From assembly GCA_951406725.2 (NCBI GenBank), contig OX597837.1, forward strand, positions 186,001 through 250,000: a stretch of 64,000 bases of DNA. Reading direction: 5' to 3'. Position 1 is the first letter of the stretch, and every line of letters begins with the position of its first letter. Both the position numbers and the translations under genes were made by a program. Under the pieces are notes generated by a model, which was not told where the DNA came from, did not search any database, and saw only the letters and a list, made by a program, of their open reading frames with translations. Source of the stretch: Octopus vulgaris. Its lineage: Eukaryota. This document shows, piece after piece, positions 1 through 14,314 of the stretch.

Positions 1-785
1 AACTTAAATGATCTAGACGGACGAAATGAGGCGAAGCATCTTGCCGGGCATGTTGACGATCCTGCCAGATCTGCTGGATAATAATGAAGCAAACTGTACT
101 ACTACTACTACTACTACTGATAATGACAAGATAACAAGTATGACAGAGATGATAATGAAATTATAAATGACGCAATAGATTTGTTGGTTTTTCCCATTGT
201 ATGGCAGCACCAGGAACGCTACAGAAAACATGGCCGCCACAGTAAATAAATTAATAACGAGAAACACTGATTTAGATGATAAATAATTTATCCCTCCCCC
301 TACACACCCACACGCATACATACACTCACGTATACAATTCCATAACTAACAAATCAATTTATCATAGAAATGCAAACGCTAACACACAAAGACACAGAGA
401 AGCAATCACACTCACAGCCAAGCGCATATAGACATACATCAACACACACACACACACACAGAGCTAACAATCAATTAATCACGCTCGTATCATTAATAGT
501 TTCATCATAATTAAATATGGCTACTCAGTATTTGAGCAATACACGAGACTCGTTGTCTTGTGACGACCATAATATTATAGACTCGCTGATTAATATTATC
601 CTCGCACATTAATATATATGGAGAGAATATAAATTGACTGCCACCTTCGTGTATTCATGTATTTATTGCTCTGTTTGTCGGTTTCTCTCTCTCTGCATCC
701 GTCTGGGTATGTGCATGCGTGTTTGCCTATGTGTGCGTGCATCTGTGTGTGGGTCAGTGCTCAAATTCCTTACCAACTGTACATA

Positions 786-867
<82 letters not shown>

Positions 868-919
868 GCTAGCTAGCTAGCTAGCTAGCTACCTAGCTAT
901 CTATCTTGTTACTTATCTA

Positions 920-954
<35 letters not shown>

Positions 955-2716
955 TTGTATCTATCTGTTTATCTATATACATTGTATTGTTTATATTGTA
1001 TTCTTCATTATGTATATATTCCGTTCATCGTATTTTACATACAATACAATATGTATAATGTATTGTATGCACAAACAATATGATATTCTTCTGGAGAGGA
1101 GGCGACTACTTCATTACTCAGGACAGATTCAAATAATTTGCAATAAAGAAAAATTCAATATATGGACACAAGAAGACGTTTGAAAATTTAAGTTTGTAAT
1201 TGTTTGCATGAAGACAAAAGGAAAAATTTCTTTTCTAGTATTGAAGATATCACGTGACAGAATGAGTATATAAGGTCGAAGATGACAGCAAGTGTGGCAG
1301 ATGATAGCAACTGTGCATATAAAGTGTTTACTTCTGTAAAAATGATTTATTTGATTGTAGTATACATTTTCGGTAGTAAAGGTCTTGTACGGGAGTTACA
1401 GGACTCTGAGTAGTGTGGAACCATCTCCTTGCCATTATTGTTTCTAATATATTCTAACTCGGAGGAATAACACCTGTCAAAGTCCTACCTATGGATTAAA
1501 TGGCCTGCAGCCAGCCAAGCCAGGCTACGTTGAAATCATGGTGGATGGGAAGTATTTCGTTAGATGAACTTATTGAAGCAATGGCCAATATCTTTGGACG
1601 TTTGGGCGGATGAACAAACAACTAACTGTCAATGAACTGGGACAATGAGTCCAGTTAGCGATTTACTGTCACCATCTGTAGTTGTGGCGTGTGTAGATGA
1701 GATATTTCAGTTAACGAAAACCAGTGTAACTAAAGCCCACGCAAGACGTCTATGCCACATCGCTCGATCACGAAGTCGGGCGAGGAGAGTTACATTGATC
1801 CGAGTAAGTCGCTCAATATGTATATATGTATGCATGTATGTATGTATGGATGGATACCTTTCTACTGTGTCTCTCGTATGCCAAATGTAAGTAACGTAGC
1901 ATTATTATTACTCCCGAATGTAGATTCAGGAGTGTGAGGCGCGTGTATCAAACTTTAAAGTATTCCAGTCGAGAAATATGTTATTATAACGTTTTTTTAT
2001 AGCAGAGTCTTGATTCTATGTCTGTCCTGTGCACATTTTCTATGCAGAGGATAACTAGTTGTTTCTCTACAATTACATTGAAGTTGGGTTGTTTGTGTTG
2101 TGTATATAGAGACTTGTGATTCTATGTTCCCCTTTTAACTGTGTTAAGTCTCAAAAGAGTTTTAATGAATATTTTGTGATATCAGTGGCAAGTGGGTAAA
2201 TGCTTACTAATTCGTGTTAGAAAAGCATTGCTACATTGGTAGAGTCTTTAGTTTAACCATAGGAACGATCTCATCTTATCGACAAAAAACACTCGAAGCT
2301 CATATCTATTACTGTAAAAGCCAGCTTTGATTGTCTTACGTCTCATTAATGGTTGAATATATCCCGAAGCCTGTGGTTGCGGAGTGAACATAATTTCACA
2401 CTGATCCACGACGAGTGTTGTTGTTTATTCGAGAAAGCATACAATCAGCCGTGACCATCTCGCCTTCTTTTCAGACATACATTATCCAGCCTAACATCTT
2501 TTAAAAAAATACGGTGTGTGATTAATTTGACTGTTATTTCTAACAAATCAAGCTACAACCCAGTGTGTCCCTGCTGGTTCGTCACCCTGATTGTACTCCA
2601 ACTGGTTTGTTGTTGTTTAGACACAGGCGAACTAATCGATCACACATATGAACAAACGCCTTCCAAACGTGGCCTTCTCATCTTTTCTTCCATACATCTA
2701 CACACGAACACATTTT

Positions 2717-2771
<55 letters not shown>

Positions 2772-3499
2772 TATATCCCCATCTATTTTTTTAAATGTTA
2801 TGGTGAGATTTGAAGGAAATTTAGCTGCCTTAACTTGCAGTCGAGTGATTACCGTTGAGTTTCCATCTCCTGTTGGAATATTCTTTATAAATACGAATTT
2901 TGGATAAAAGTTCCATAGAAATTGCCTTCCTTCCAATTTTATTCATCAGTCAATTTTATTCATGATCAAATCATGTCTTCGATTTCATTCCATAGTTAAT
3001 AGTCAAATTTGTTTAAAGGGTAACATTCGAACTGATGTGGCAAGCAGGATAAAGAAAATATTTGAGGTAATTTTTATACAACATAGAGCATTTAATTTAA
3101 TTCATTCGTACTTTAATTTATGAAGATGTTTATTATTTGAAAACATTTTTATTGAGTTCACTCACCCATCTAAGTTGACTCTTAATCGCTAATAATATAT
3201 AACATGCATACGGATACACATAGCGCACGCACACACATACACACACACACACACATGGCTACATACACAAATACATGCATACATGTTGCGAGGATTAAGA
3301 CATCGGTCCTCTCCAGAAAGTCTTCCCAGTGCTACTTGGTTTGTCATATAAACTCTAGCATGCACAGAAAGGGTTCGCTGCCGATTGCTGCAAGGCGAGG
3401 GATGAGAATACGTGTTGCAAAGACTGAAACGTCGGTCCTCTCAAGAAATTCTTCCCAGTGCGCTCTGTACGTTAGCAGCACATCACTGAGACAAGTGGA

Positions 3500-3950
3500 G
3501 AAATTTAAATATGATCTCCGGATCGTACGTGCGTGTGATGGAAAGCTGGGGTCTAAATTGGATGCTAGAATTGCAGGTGCTGGCACAATAATGTGCCAGT
3601 TCCAGCATTCGATTCTCTGAAGAGGAGAGGATGGTTAAAATGCCAAACTTGCTATCTTCAATTCGCTTTCGGTGCCTCTCTTTATTTGTAATCATGTATG
3701 TTGGGTAATGATTGAAAAATTATGATCGTGGATACAATCGGACGACATGGGGTTCTTCTGAAGGATCTCTGGAATAACATTATTCGACAGGGTTAGTGTG
3801 GCGCAGATCAGGGAGTCTCTCCAGGTTGAGCATCTACATTTTCGAATTGAGAGGTCGCTGTTCGGTATTACAGACATGTGATTTCAATGTCACGGTAAAT
3901 AATCACAAGACTTTCTTCAAGCGAGTAGACCAAGAACGAGATGCTTGGAT
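3500..3950 (-). pseudogene. Highly degraded 3' end of a LINE ORF2 (CR1/L2-like)
   Basis: Minus-strand fragments LNLERLPDLRH and LQRIECWNW resemble the L..L..RR and R...WN.LP motifs of LINE ORF2 C-termini; many stops and frameshifts. Confidence 0.3.
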
Positions 3951-3958
3951 GCTAACCA

Positions 3959-4000
<42 letters not shown>

Positions 4001-4026
4001 AGAGATAGCTAGCTAGCTAGATAGAA

Positions 4027-4113
<87 letters not shown>

Positions 4114-4383
4114 AGAGAGAGAGAGAGAAAGAGAGAGAAAGAGAGAGAAAGAGAGAGAAAGAGAGAGAGATATGAGAGAGAGAGACAGAGAGAGAAACTG
4201 TGTCGTCCAAAAGAGTCAGAGCTCAATATTGTTGGGATAGAGGTGATTTTGTTTTGTTGATTTTTTGTCATTGACGCACCAAGTGTTCTGATGAAGAGCA
4301 CCAATCACTGAAGTGTTGATTCAGAAATTTAAGTCTTGAATGTAAGTTCTCATACCTGTCACTCTCTCTCTCTTTCTCCCTAC

Positions 4384-4416
<33 letters not shown>

Positions 4417-4483
4417 TGTATGTATGTATGTATGTATGTATGTATGTATGTATGCATGTATGTATGTATCTATCTATCTATCA

Positions 4484-4561
<78 letters not shown>

Positions 4562-4578
4562 ATATATATATATATATA

Positions 4579-6239
4579 CTAGCCTAAGGTGACCCGCTCT
4601 ACGCGCGGGTAAGAGTGTGGTTGTTACTTTCTGTTGCTTCCTTTCTGTTTTTTATCACCACATTCTCCCTCTTTGTTTCTCTCTCCTTTCTCTCTCACTT
4701 TCCTACTCTCTAACTCTTCCTTTATCTCGGACTCTCCCTCGCTTTCTCTTATTCTCTATCTTTCTCTATCTATCTCTCTCCCATTTATAAACAACAAAAG
4801 ATCTTGAGTAAGTTGAGAAAGAAAATATTTTGAAAGATCAATCATAAATATCAGGCAGTGACAACGGAAAGGTCTGCTTCAAGGCAGACAGCAAAACACT
4901 AACATTTAAAAGGGACAGACGAACTTGCGAGCTGAATAAAAAAAAAAATATTGAAAACCAAAGTTTGAAGGGATAGAATCTGAGGATAGTAGAGTCACCA
5001 TGGCTGGCATTTCTTAACGACGGACAGCAACGCAGATGCAGTTTAACGGCTGGCGTAAAATTTTGAACTTGATGTAAAAGAAAATTCGTAAACACCAAGT
5101 TTTGAAGTGATTCTTTCTCACGACAGTAGACTCACCATGGCAAGCATTCAAAACCTCTTCATCATGTACGGCAACACATTGAAGATTTAAAGGCTGGCGC
5201 TAATTTTTTAGCTTGATGTAACAGAGAATTCCTAAACATCTGCTCCTGTAAATTTTAATCCCCTTCCAACCCCATTTAGACCCCTTTTCACATTTTGGTT
5301 AATATAACCCGATTTCATTCGGGTCTACTCGGGCCACATTTTATAAGATGAGGAATTTTGTCCTAGAGGTCACGCCTTTCATTTGAGGAAAAAAATAGTT
5401 GCCATGCAAACTTTTAACATAGGTATGCACATTTTCAGCTCAACCGACCACATAATGCACACATTATATATATATATATATATATACGCATTAAATATAT
5501 ATATATGTACATATATACGCATTATATATACAAATGTATACAAATTATATATATATATATATATATATACTTTATTTAAAGCAGCAGAAAATTCTACAAA
5601 ACCAGGCTTTGTAGAATTTTCTGCTGCTTTAAATAAAGCATATTACTCTACCACTGGTATTTGAGTACTCTTTTTTTCCATCTTGTTTCACATTTATGTG
5701 TTTACTCCGGTATATACACTTTGTATATATACATTATATATATACATATTTATATATAGAACACACACACATAAATTAACCCAATAAATATCTGATTCAT
5801 AATATTTGTTCTCATGATTGTGTGATGGTGGTGGCGATAATAATTCTCTCTAGGAATGCAGACAGACGTTGAGAGAGAGAGTGAGAGAGAGAGAGAGAGA
5901 GAGAGTTGGGGGGAAGAGTGACAGCGCTGGTGAAGGCGGTGGGGGAAAGATAGTATACACTGTCAAACGACGTTATAGAGAGAAATTGAAAGGAAGGGAG
6001 GGAAGAGAGAGGGAGGGAGGAAGACAGACACATAAAAGAATGAGAGAAGACTGTCAAAGTGTGCATTTTTTGCCCTAGTAACCACACCTTTTAAGATAGT
6101 GATTTCTAACCTAGTCCACTCATATCCTCACCTCGTTTTACATGTCCCTGTAAATTTTGGAGTCAAAGTGGCCTTTAACACGTTCCAATGCCAAAACCAG
6201 ACAAACAAACTTTTCGCATTTCAGATTTATAGATATTGA
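4579..6239 (-). mobile_element. Non-autonomous Helitron
   Basis: The minus strand starts A|TCAATATCTATAAATC at 6239. It ends with the hairpin ACCCGC-GCGTAGA-GCGGGT (4592-4610) followed 9 nt later by CTAG|T (4579-4582). This is the canonical TC...hairpin-CTRR structure in an AT site. There is an internal diverged duplication at ~4988-5097 / 5125-5240. Confidence 0.7.
5568..5715. mobile_element. Short fold-back element nested in the Helitron; related to 42165-42275
   Basis: Near-perfect ~30-bp-arm hairpin ctttatttaaagcagcagaaaattctacaaa / tttgtagaattttctgctgctttaaataaag; both ends are shared with 42165-42275. Confidence 0.65.
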
Positions 6240-6429
6240 TTGATGATATGTATGTATGTATATATATATATATATACCACCACCAACAATAATAATAAGG
6301 ATTATTACGAAGTTTCATAGCATTACCTTTAATTCTCTTTATCCACCCAGAACCACGCTAATAGCTTTTGAATGAAAATAGTTCATCTAGACATTTGTTC
6401 TTTTTCCCCAGAAAATGATACATATTAAG

Positions 6430-7130
6430 CATATTGCAGTTTTGATGGTCGCCCATAAGACATCTATCGCCGTAAGTTGGCGTCCATCGTCATAAACATT
6501 TTGTTTAATGATGGATTAATGATTTTCGATAGGGTTGAGACCCGGAGATTCTGGCGGCCACACAACCTTTCACACCCTAGGAATGTTTGGGTGGTCCTAG
6601 CAGAGTGGAAGGGAGTGAAGTCGTGCACAAATGCAAGATTCCTTAGAAGTGACAGCAGTATGTCATCAAGCCAGGGATCCAAGATCTCCTTCAGGGGATT
6701 GCAGTAGGCAGCTGTAGTCACTTTAACCCCTCCAGGCACCCTGACTTGGCCAACAAGTCTGTCCCCAATGATACCAACCCACAACATGACTCCTCCACCT
6801 TGTTGTTGATGCTGTAAATGTTGGTGAGGCTCATCTCCAAAACAAACCCAACCATTTACCCAGGCTTGTCAAGGGTCGCCCAAGTTTCATCAGTGAACAG
6901 AATATAACCCATGTCTAACGTCATGTACTTCTGGACCCATTGAAGCCTCAAACTCCTGTGAGGAGGCAGTTTTAGGGGTTCTCGCACAGAAGCCATGGTC
7001 CCGAGGATGCGATTTCTAGTGATTTTCGGTACATGAGGAAGTCTAGAGGCGGGGGAAATGGCTTTGCTTGTTTATCCAGATTTCCCTCGTAACTTGCGGC
7101 CGATTTTCCTTAAATCCCTTAGGTGTCACA
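6430..7130 (-). pseudogene. Tc1-family DD34E transposase relic
   Basis: Minus-strand motifs in the correct order: LFTDE, QQQGGGVMLWVGI, FVHDFTPFHSAR (QDNAP.H-like), WPPESPGLNPIEN (WPP.SPDLNPIEN); frameshifts present. Confidence 0.85.
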
Positions 7131-7288
7131 CGTGATCATGTGACTAAATAATTCATTATGTCAATAATGCTATAATATTATTATTGTTTTCTGTTAAGTA
7201 TATACTCAATATATGTTTAATATTTATCATTACCCCTCATGTTTTGCCAAAACAATGGGCTATTTCCATTCAAAAGCTATTAGCGTGG

Positions 7289-7331
<43 letters not shown>

Positions 7332-7628
7332 CTCCTGAAAAATCTGAAATAAAAAAGAAAGGACGTTACACTGAATAATGAAAACATAACAATGGTGTTG
7401 CCATAGTGTGCAGACCAGCTGAGAAAAGTTTTATAAAAATCGATTCACTGAAAACCAAGAAATCCTAAATTTCAATTCTATCTGTTAGTGTGGTTCTGGG
7501 TGTATATATACAGCTTTACATAGACATGCTTCAACTGCATCAAATACTATTGGATTTATATATTAACTGTTGAATAACTTATTTTGAATACCCTACTGAG
7601 AGGTAAACGTTTGGGGTAATCCCTTATT

Positions 7629-7691
<63 letters not shown>

Positions 7692-8398
7692 CACACACAC
7701 ACATGAATGAAGAAAAAGAAAATGGAGATTGGGAAGTTAATAATTGTTTATTATCAACAGCGAATTTCAATTAATACTCAGTAATTATTAAGTAAATATT
7801 AAATTTATATGACCCGAGCATAATATCTTCAGAGGGGAAAAAATATACCCCTGGATGTTTTATATGTGTTTATAGATTCATTATAGCAGACATATACATA
7901 TACATGTATGTATGTATGTATGTATGTATGTATGAATCTATCTGCAGACCTAATATGCCGTTCACAAAAACATCATCTCTTGATCCTGATCGACTTTTAA
8001 CGCTGTTGTTGTTGTTGTCGTTGCTGTTGATGTTGTGTTCTTTTATTTCCTGTTGTGTGTTGCTGTTGTTGTTGCTGTTGTTCTTGTTGTTACTATAATC
8101 TCTGTTGTAGCTGATGTTCTTGCTGTTGTTGTTGAATAATTGTTGCTGTTGTTTTTTTCCTCTGCGTTTCTATCTTCGAAACTTCTTTCTCTGCTCTCCG
8201 CCGTTATCGTATTGTTGTATTTGTTAATGTCCTTCCTATTGCTGTTATTCTTGTTGTTGCTTTGTATTTGTCCCTTTTTTTGCTCTCCCTCCCCATCTTC
8301 CGTCGAATAATGGTAAAATAATTGGTTGCTTCACATTAAGCTGGCTTCTCTTAGCCGAATAAATACAAACAGAATATGTATAGGTAGATGTATGTATG

Positions 8399-8429
<31 letters not shown>

Positions 8430-8532
8430 CTATATATGTGTATGTGTTTATGTGTATATATATATGTGTGTGTATACTATAAATTAGTATGTGTATATAT
8501 ATCTTAAAGAATAAAAGAATAATTTATATATA

Positions 8533-8577
<45 letters not shown>

Positions 8578-8596
8578 CCATATATATTTATGTAAA

Positions 8597-8646
<50 letters not shown>

Positions 8647-9282
8647 TATACATGCAAAGATGTATTTATGTATATATTTGTTTGTATGCATATATTGATA
8701 CATACGTACATACACACACACATACATAATATACGCCTGTGTGTGTGTGCGTGTGTGTGTGAGCGTGTGTGTGTGAGGAGGGAAACAAAAGAAAAGTGAT
8801 GTAGACAGGAAGTACATGACAGTAATTTTAAAGCTAACAAAATATTTAGCTTGTCTCTAGAAATGTCTTCAAACCTGACAACGTTTATCTGTTTGCTTGA
8901 TCGTTTCAAGCTGACTCTCTGCTTCCCCACCGTCTCCACTATCCCCCCCAATCGACATTCAACACCGTTATACCTGCGATACTACAACGCCACATATCTC
9001 TCACCAGCATCCACCACGATATCTTTCATAAACGCCGCAGAGATATAAGTTCCCAAACGGCCATGTGAGAAAAACAAAAAAACTTGCGAATGTTTGAAGA
9101 AAACGGCTGAGGATCGCTTGTAGATGGAATTAAAACATAGAAGCTCTGATCTTGTTGTTGTTTACCCTTAGGAAAGACCTGAATACACTTCTGGTTAAAG
9201 GCCTTCCACAGCCGTGACAAGTTCTTATTTGTTTCTCTACCAGTGCAGCATCTACTCCATTTAATGTGGTGGCGGTGGGGAA

Positions 9283-9440
9283 GCGGTGAGCTGGCAGAAC
9301 CCCTAGCATACCAGACAAAAGGCTTAGTGGCATTTAATCCGTCTTTACTTTCTGAGTCCAAATTCCCACGAGATTGATTTTTGCCTTTCATCGTTTCGAG
9401 GGTCGATGTAATTGGCTAGTTTCCGCCCCCAAAATTTCCA
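9283..9440 (+). mobile_element. tRNA-derived SINE family A copy
   Basis: GGCGGTGAGCTGGCAGAA head, B-box-like GAGTCCAAATTCC and GCCTTTCATC core; homologous to 11800-12008, 12415-12615 and 32160-32335. Confidence 0.7.
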
Positions 9441-9692
9441 GTCAGACTTTGTGCAACCCTCCACCCTTGAGAATTTAAAAAGGTCTTGCGTATTTTCATT
9501 ATCCTAGATATTGTAATTATGTGTAGTGTATGAATGATGAAGCAACGTTTCTTCTTCAAAAATTCAAGTATTGCCCCACTTTGAGCCAGATACTTTGGTA
9601 TATATTCAGTCGCTGCAGAAATAATGGAAATGAAGCTGGAAGTATATTTTCGATACTGGACTGGCAAATTTCTTATCAATGCATAATCGATA

Positions 9693-9940
9693 TGAAAGCG
9701 CGTGGCCTAGTGGTTAGGCTGCTCCATTCACGATTCCCAGACCGGGAGGCGCATTGTATTCTTGAGCAAAACACCACATCTCACGTTGCTCCAGTCCCTC
9801 TTTCGATCAGTGGGAAATGTTGGCCTGCTCGCCTAGTCGGCGGGGTGGTGTCATTCGAAGGTTAAAACAATGCAAAAGCTCATTGTGACAAGCGACGTTT
9901 AACAACGCCTGGTAGTCTGATCGGTCACGTGATCACATAA
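9693..9940 (+). mobile_element. tRNA-derived SINE family B copy (diverged)
   Basis: A-box GTGGCCTAGTGG, then TTCTTGAGCAAAACAC...CACGTTGCTCCAGT shared with 43103 and 62898. Confidence 0.65.
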
Positions 9941-9989
9941 TCGATGTATTTTTGTACTGACATTGACTTCCACAAAAGCTCATGTCCTT

Positions 9990-10890
9990 ATTTTCCTGTC
10001 CCAAACAATATCTGATCGGTCATTTAATTTGGTTACAGATCTTATATTTATAAGACCCACTAATATTCTGCGAAGCCATCGGTCTTCACATATTTATCTC
10101 TATTAGTTGCTGAACCTCACTTTATTTCAGATTGTTGTGGTCACTAGTTCATACCTTACAGACAGGCAATAACTAGAAGACAGTCTTTGACAACAGCCAA
10201 TAATGTGATTCTTTGGTTTTAGTTTACCATAATCATTTCAGTTGTCAGCTAATGAGTTCTGTCTTTTGTGTAGAAGGTGTCTCGCAGAAATGTTTTGCTC
10301 CTGGACTATAAGAAGCTAATCTTCAATCTGTTGCAGTACAACACGCCAAGTTTTGAATGTGGCTTATTTCTTTTGATTTAAATATCTATTGTGAAACTTA
10401 CTCTGTAAGCTGACCTGTATTTTCCTTTTATTGTAGTAAGAAGAAAGATTTCCTAACGTTCTTTAAAGAGAAATCTCAGTCAGGTTTTATTTCATCTATT
10501 CCCTCAGGTTCATTAGTTTATCCTAGTCATACATTTTGTTTCCATGTTCGCAAACTTGACCGAGACAGTTGCTGAGTTCGCATTCTGACTGGAGACGTTT
10601 CTCGAGTGCTACAATCCACGTCTCGTATGATGTTGATGAAGATTAAAAGCCACGACCGATCTTCTTACAAAGGAAATATTGGCTTATATTCCCACTGATG
10701 TTGAAATTTCTAATAAAACTAAGCAATTCTTAAATCTTTATCGTTTGTAATGACAAATTCCGAAAAACCACATATCGGTGTCTGGATAGACGCTGCTGAG
10801 GTCGTTAAGAGGAAATTGTGCTCGGTGTTGGCTGAATATTTACATTACCATTGACTTTATTTCTTTGAGGTATTGCTTTCTTGCTTCATT
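9990..10890 (-). pseudogene. Very degraded LINE (RTE-like) AP-endonuclease fragment
   Basis: Weak minus-strand remnants (SVYPDT for VYAPT, LVLLEISTSVG for LGDFNARVG, QQIE for QID) in the expected order. Confidence 0.3.
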
Positions 10891-10955
10891 GATAGACAGG
10901 CAGTTAGATTGAAAGATAGATAGATATATGTATAGATGTATGTATGTATGAATGA

Positions 10956-11030
<75 letters not shown>

Positions 11031-11559
11031 AATGTCTGTCTGTCTGTCTGTCTGTGTATCTATTTATCTATAGGGAAAGTTTACGAAAAAAACAAAAGAC
11101 GAAGACAGGTGGTGTACAAAACAAACAGATGTATTAGTATAACGCTCAGGAATAGAAAAAGTCTTTTACGTTTCGAGCCTGTTTGTCTACCTGTACGAGT
11201 ATGTTTAAGCACATACACATTCATACAAATCCACACACGAATACGAATACACATACAAAAGCACATACAAAAGCACACCATCACACAGATACACACACCC
11301 ACAGGCACACACACATACACTCTCTGTCCTTCTCTCTCCCTCCCCCTCTCTCTCACAAACACACGTATGAAGCCAATGTATTGCAGACGACACTGTCATC
11401 CTATTGTAAATGGTGGATGGATGACAAAGGAATTCAATTAACTTTAAATGATAGAAATTTGGAGGGGGATGGGAAGGGAGAAATAAAAAAAAAATACGCA
11501 CAAACGAGCCACAACAACAATTACAGTAAGAAGAACAATTACCCATACGTTCACCATTA

Positions 11560-11700
11560 CCGCCACCGCCACCGCCACCGCCACCGCCACCGCCACCGCC
11601 ACCGCCACCGCCGACACCACCGCCACCGCCGACGCCACCGCCACCGTCGACGCCACCGCAGCCGCCGCCAGCGCAGCGGCCGCCACCGCAGCCGCCGCAA
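11560..11700. repeat. (CGCCAC)n GC-rich hexamer repeat
   Basis: Direct reading; it explains the poly-HR/G/AV ORFs. Confidence 0.9.
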
Positions 11701-11799
11701 CAGTTATGGCTGTGACATTGGTGACGCTGACTGCAATAAAACAATAACAAAACCAGCAATAACACCCAACAACAATAACAACATCAATATGGGTTTCAA

Positions 11800-12007
11800 A
11801 TCTTGACACAAGGCCTTGAAAATTTGGGGGTAAGGGGGCTAGCCGATTATACCAATCCCAGTGCGTAACTGGTACTTATTTAATCGACCCCGAAAAAATG
11901 AAAGGCAAAGTCGACTTCGGTGGAATTTGAATTCAGAACATAAAGACAGACGAAATAACGCCCAGCATTTCGTCCAGCGTGCTAACGATTCTGTCAGCTC
12001 GCTGCCT

Positions 12008-12008
<1 letters not shown>
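11800..12008 (-). mobile_element. SINE family A copy
   Basis: The minus strand begins AAGGCAGCGAGCTGACAGAATCGTTAGCACGC, with a B-box-like GAATTCAAATTCC and a GCCTTTCAT core. Confidence 0.8.
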
Positions 12009-12089
<81 letters not shown>

Positions 12090-12414
12090 GCTGCTACTGC
12101 TACTACTAATAATAATAATATTGATAATAGTAAAGAAGTTGGTGGCGTTAGCGATGTCGACGACACTACCACCTTAGCTCGGTAACAACTGACCTAATTT
12201 TAAACAACAGCAATAACAACAATGAATACTCATACGTACACATAGACACACACACGCACGCTACCGCGCACACACGCACGCACACAAACACACACATACA
12301 TGTAAGATGTTTGTCTAAAAGGTCACTTAAAACAGTTCGCCAACCGCTCGGCGCAGCATGACCACCACTGCTGTGCTGTGTGTGAGCAACGTTATCTTTT
12401 AGTCAAATAACGAT

Positions 12415-12615
12415 TTCAAATTTTGGCAATTTTAGAGACAGAGTTAATCGATTACATCAACCCGAGTAATCTATTGGTACTAATATTATTGATTCCGAAG
12501 GAATGAATGGCAAAGTCAACCTTGGCGGTATTTGAACTCAGTACGTAAAGCCGGAAAAAATGTCGCTAAGCATTTTCCCCGGCGTGCTAACGGTTCTGTC
12601 ATTTCGTTGCCTGGC
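12415..12615 (-). mobile_element. SINE family A copy
   Basis: Homologous to 11800-12008 (ggcaaagtcaaccttggcggtatttgaactcag...ggcgtgctaacg). Confidence 0.75.
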
Positions 12616-12709
12616 TTTAACCAAATGGCTCCATCAGTTTTTCACCGCTGGCCGAATGAACGTACGTTTTGTGCACTTGGTGATCCGTCACAAGCTGATT
12701 AATGGAAGA

Positions 12710-12885
12710 TTTCGAAGCGGAACGTGTTTCTATGAAATTCCGTTTCAGGCATTTACAGAGACTTACCAAATGTTACCACGTGTGTATGGGAAAGAATGCT
12801 TTAACCGCTTTCAATAACGAGATTGGTGGCAGCGTATTAAATTGGAAAGAACTTGCACCGAATCTGGACAACGTTTAACAACGAC
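12710..12885 (+). pseudogene. Mariner transposase N-terminal HTH relic
   Basis: RVSMKFRF, TETYQMLPRVYGKECFNRFQ and DWWQRIKLER match the mariner pattern IKFC...TET..ML..YG...LSR....W..RFK.GR. Confidence 0.6.
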
Positions 12886-13135
12886 ATATATGTGCTGTCG
12901 TCTGTAAAATCTTTACCTGACTGTCCTTGAAGTTTCCGTAGTAGTCGGCTTATGTAACTGTTGATGTCACATGATTTACAAGAAAAACGGAAGAATCATT
13001 GAGAAGTCATTTGAGCGTTCGAATAGTAGACCGTGTCACAAAAGGCATATGTGGCTACGATGTCGAAAGGAAATGTCATAAGTTTGGGTCGTCCACAGAA
13101 GCATTCATTGGAATGGTTTCATACATATGCATACA

Positions 13136-13220
<85 letters not shown>

Positions 13221-13755
13221 GTACACGTGAATTACATTTAAGAAAAAGGTGCTTAAGTGAGAGTGAGAAAATTTATTACATTTATGTTTGCGAGAGTGAC
13301 TACACGTTCCTGAGTGCCTTTGTGTCTGAAGATCGATAACCTGAAACCGCGATTAGCGACTTACGCAGAGAATCATTCGTGAAAATATATACATATGCAT
13401 ATGTATAGATAAATACATACAATGTAAGCACAACAGACCTGATATAATGATTTGGGATTGAGAAGAGAAACTGTGCACATTTGTGAAAATCAGCTCTTCT
13501 TCATCGATCTGAAACATATCGATGAAGAAGAGAACACTTATGCTGAACTGAAATCTGCAGTTACTCTATCGAAATTACAAGATAAGGTTTATAGTTGTAA
13601 TTATTGGGGTCCTGGGATATGTAACAGACTTCCTGAATATCAGTCTTGAGAAATTAGGCTTCTCAAAACCAGAAAGGAGAAAGCTAATTCGAAGATACAG
13701 ATCCAATCCATCACTGGAACTGTAAAAATCTGTAAAAATGTTCAGAAGTTTATCA

Positions 13756-13797
<42 letters not shown>

Positions 13798-14224
13798 TAT
13801 ATATACATAGAAGAGTATGTCTAGATATGCAACTATATGTATGAGAATACATACACAAAACAAAACATACAAATCTACATACATACAAATATACATACAT
13901 ACATACATACATACATACATACATACATACATACATACATACATACATACCTACAAGGCTTCGAGAACTGTTAATCTGGGTTCACACGTAACCGATTGTC
14001 AGAGATTCGTCTAATGATCAGTTACGTGAAACTCCGAGTAACACTTCAATCAAAAATACCAATTTGCTATTTGCGCTGCCTTTGGTATTCGAATACTATA
14101 TTTTTCTACATTGATTGTATTGCACTTATGTGCTCACGTGTGCTCGCGTGTATGCATACACATACACATATATGTATACATATGCTTGTATGTATGTATG
14201 TATGTATGTATGTATGTATGTATG

Positions 14225-14256
<32 letters not shown>

Positions 14257-14282
14257 TATGTATATATATATATGTAAGTACT

Positions 14283-14314
<32 letters not shown>

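Noticed and set aside
3285-3461. Diverged ~48-bp direct repeat pair (3285-3332 / 3414-3461)
   Set aside because: Only two short copies next to a LINE relic; no further structure seen
11183-11806. 207-aa ORF with an HR/RS-rich tract resembling an SR protein
   Set aside because: Built from (CA)n and (CGCCAC)n repeats and open in several frames and on both strands
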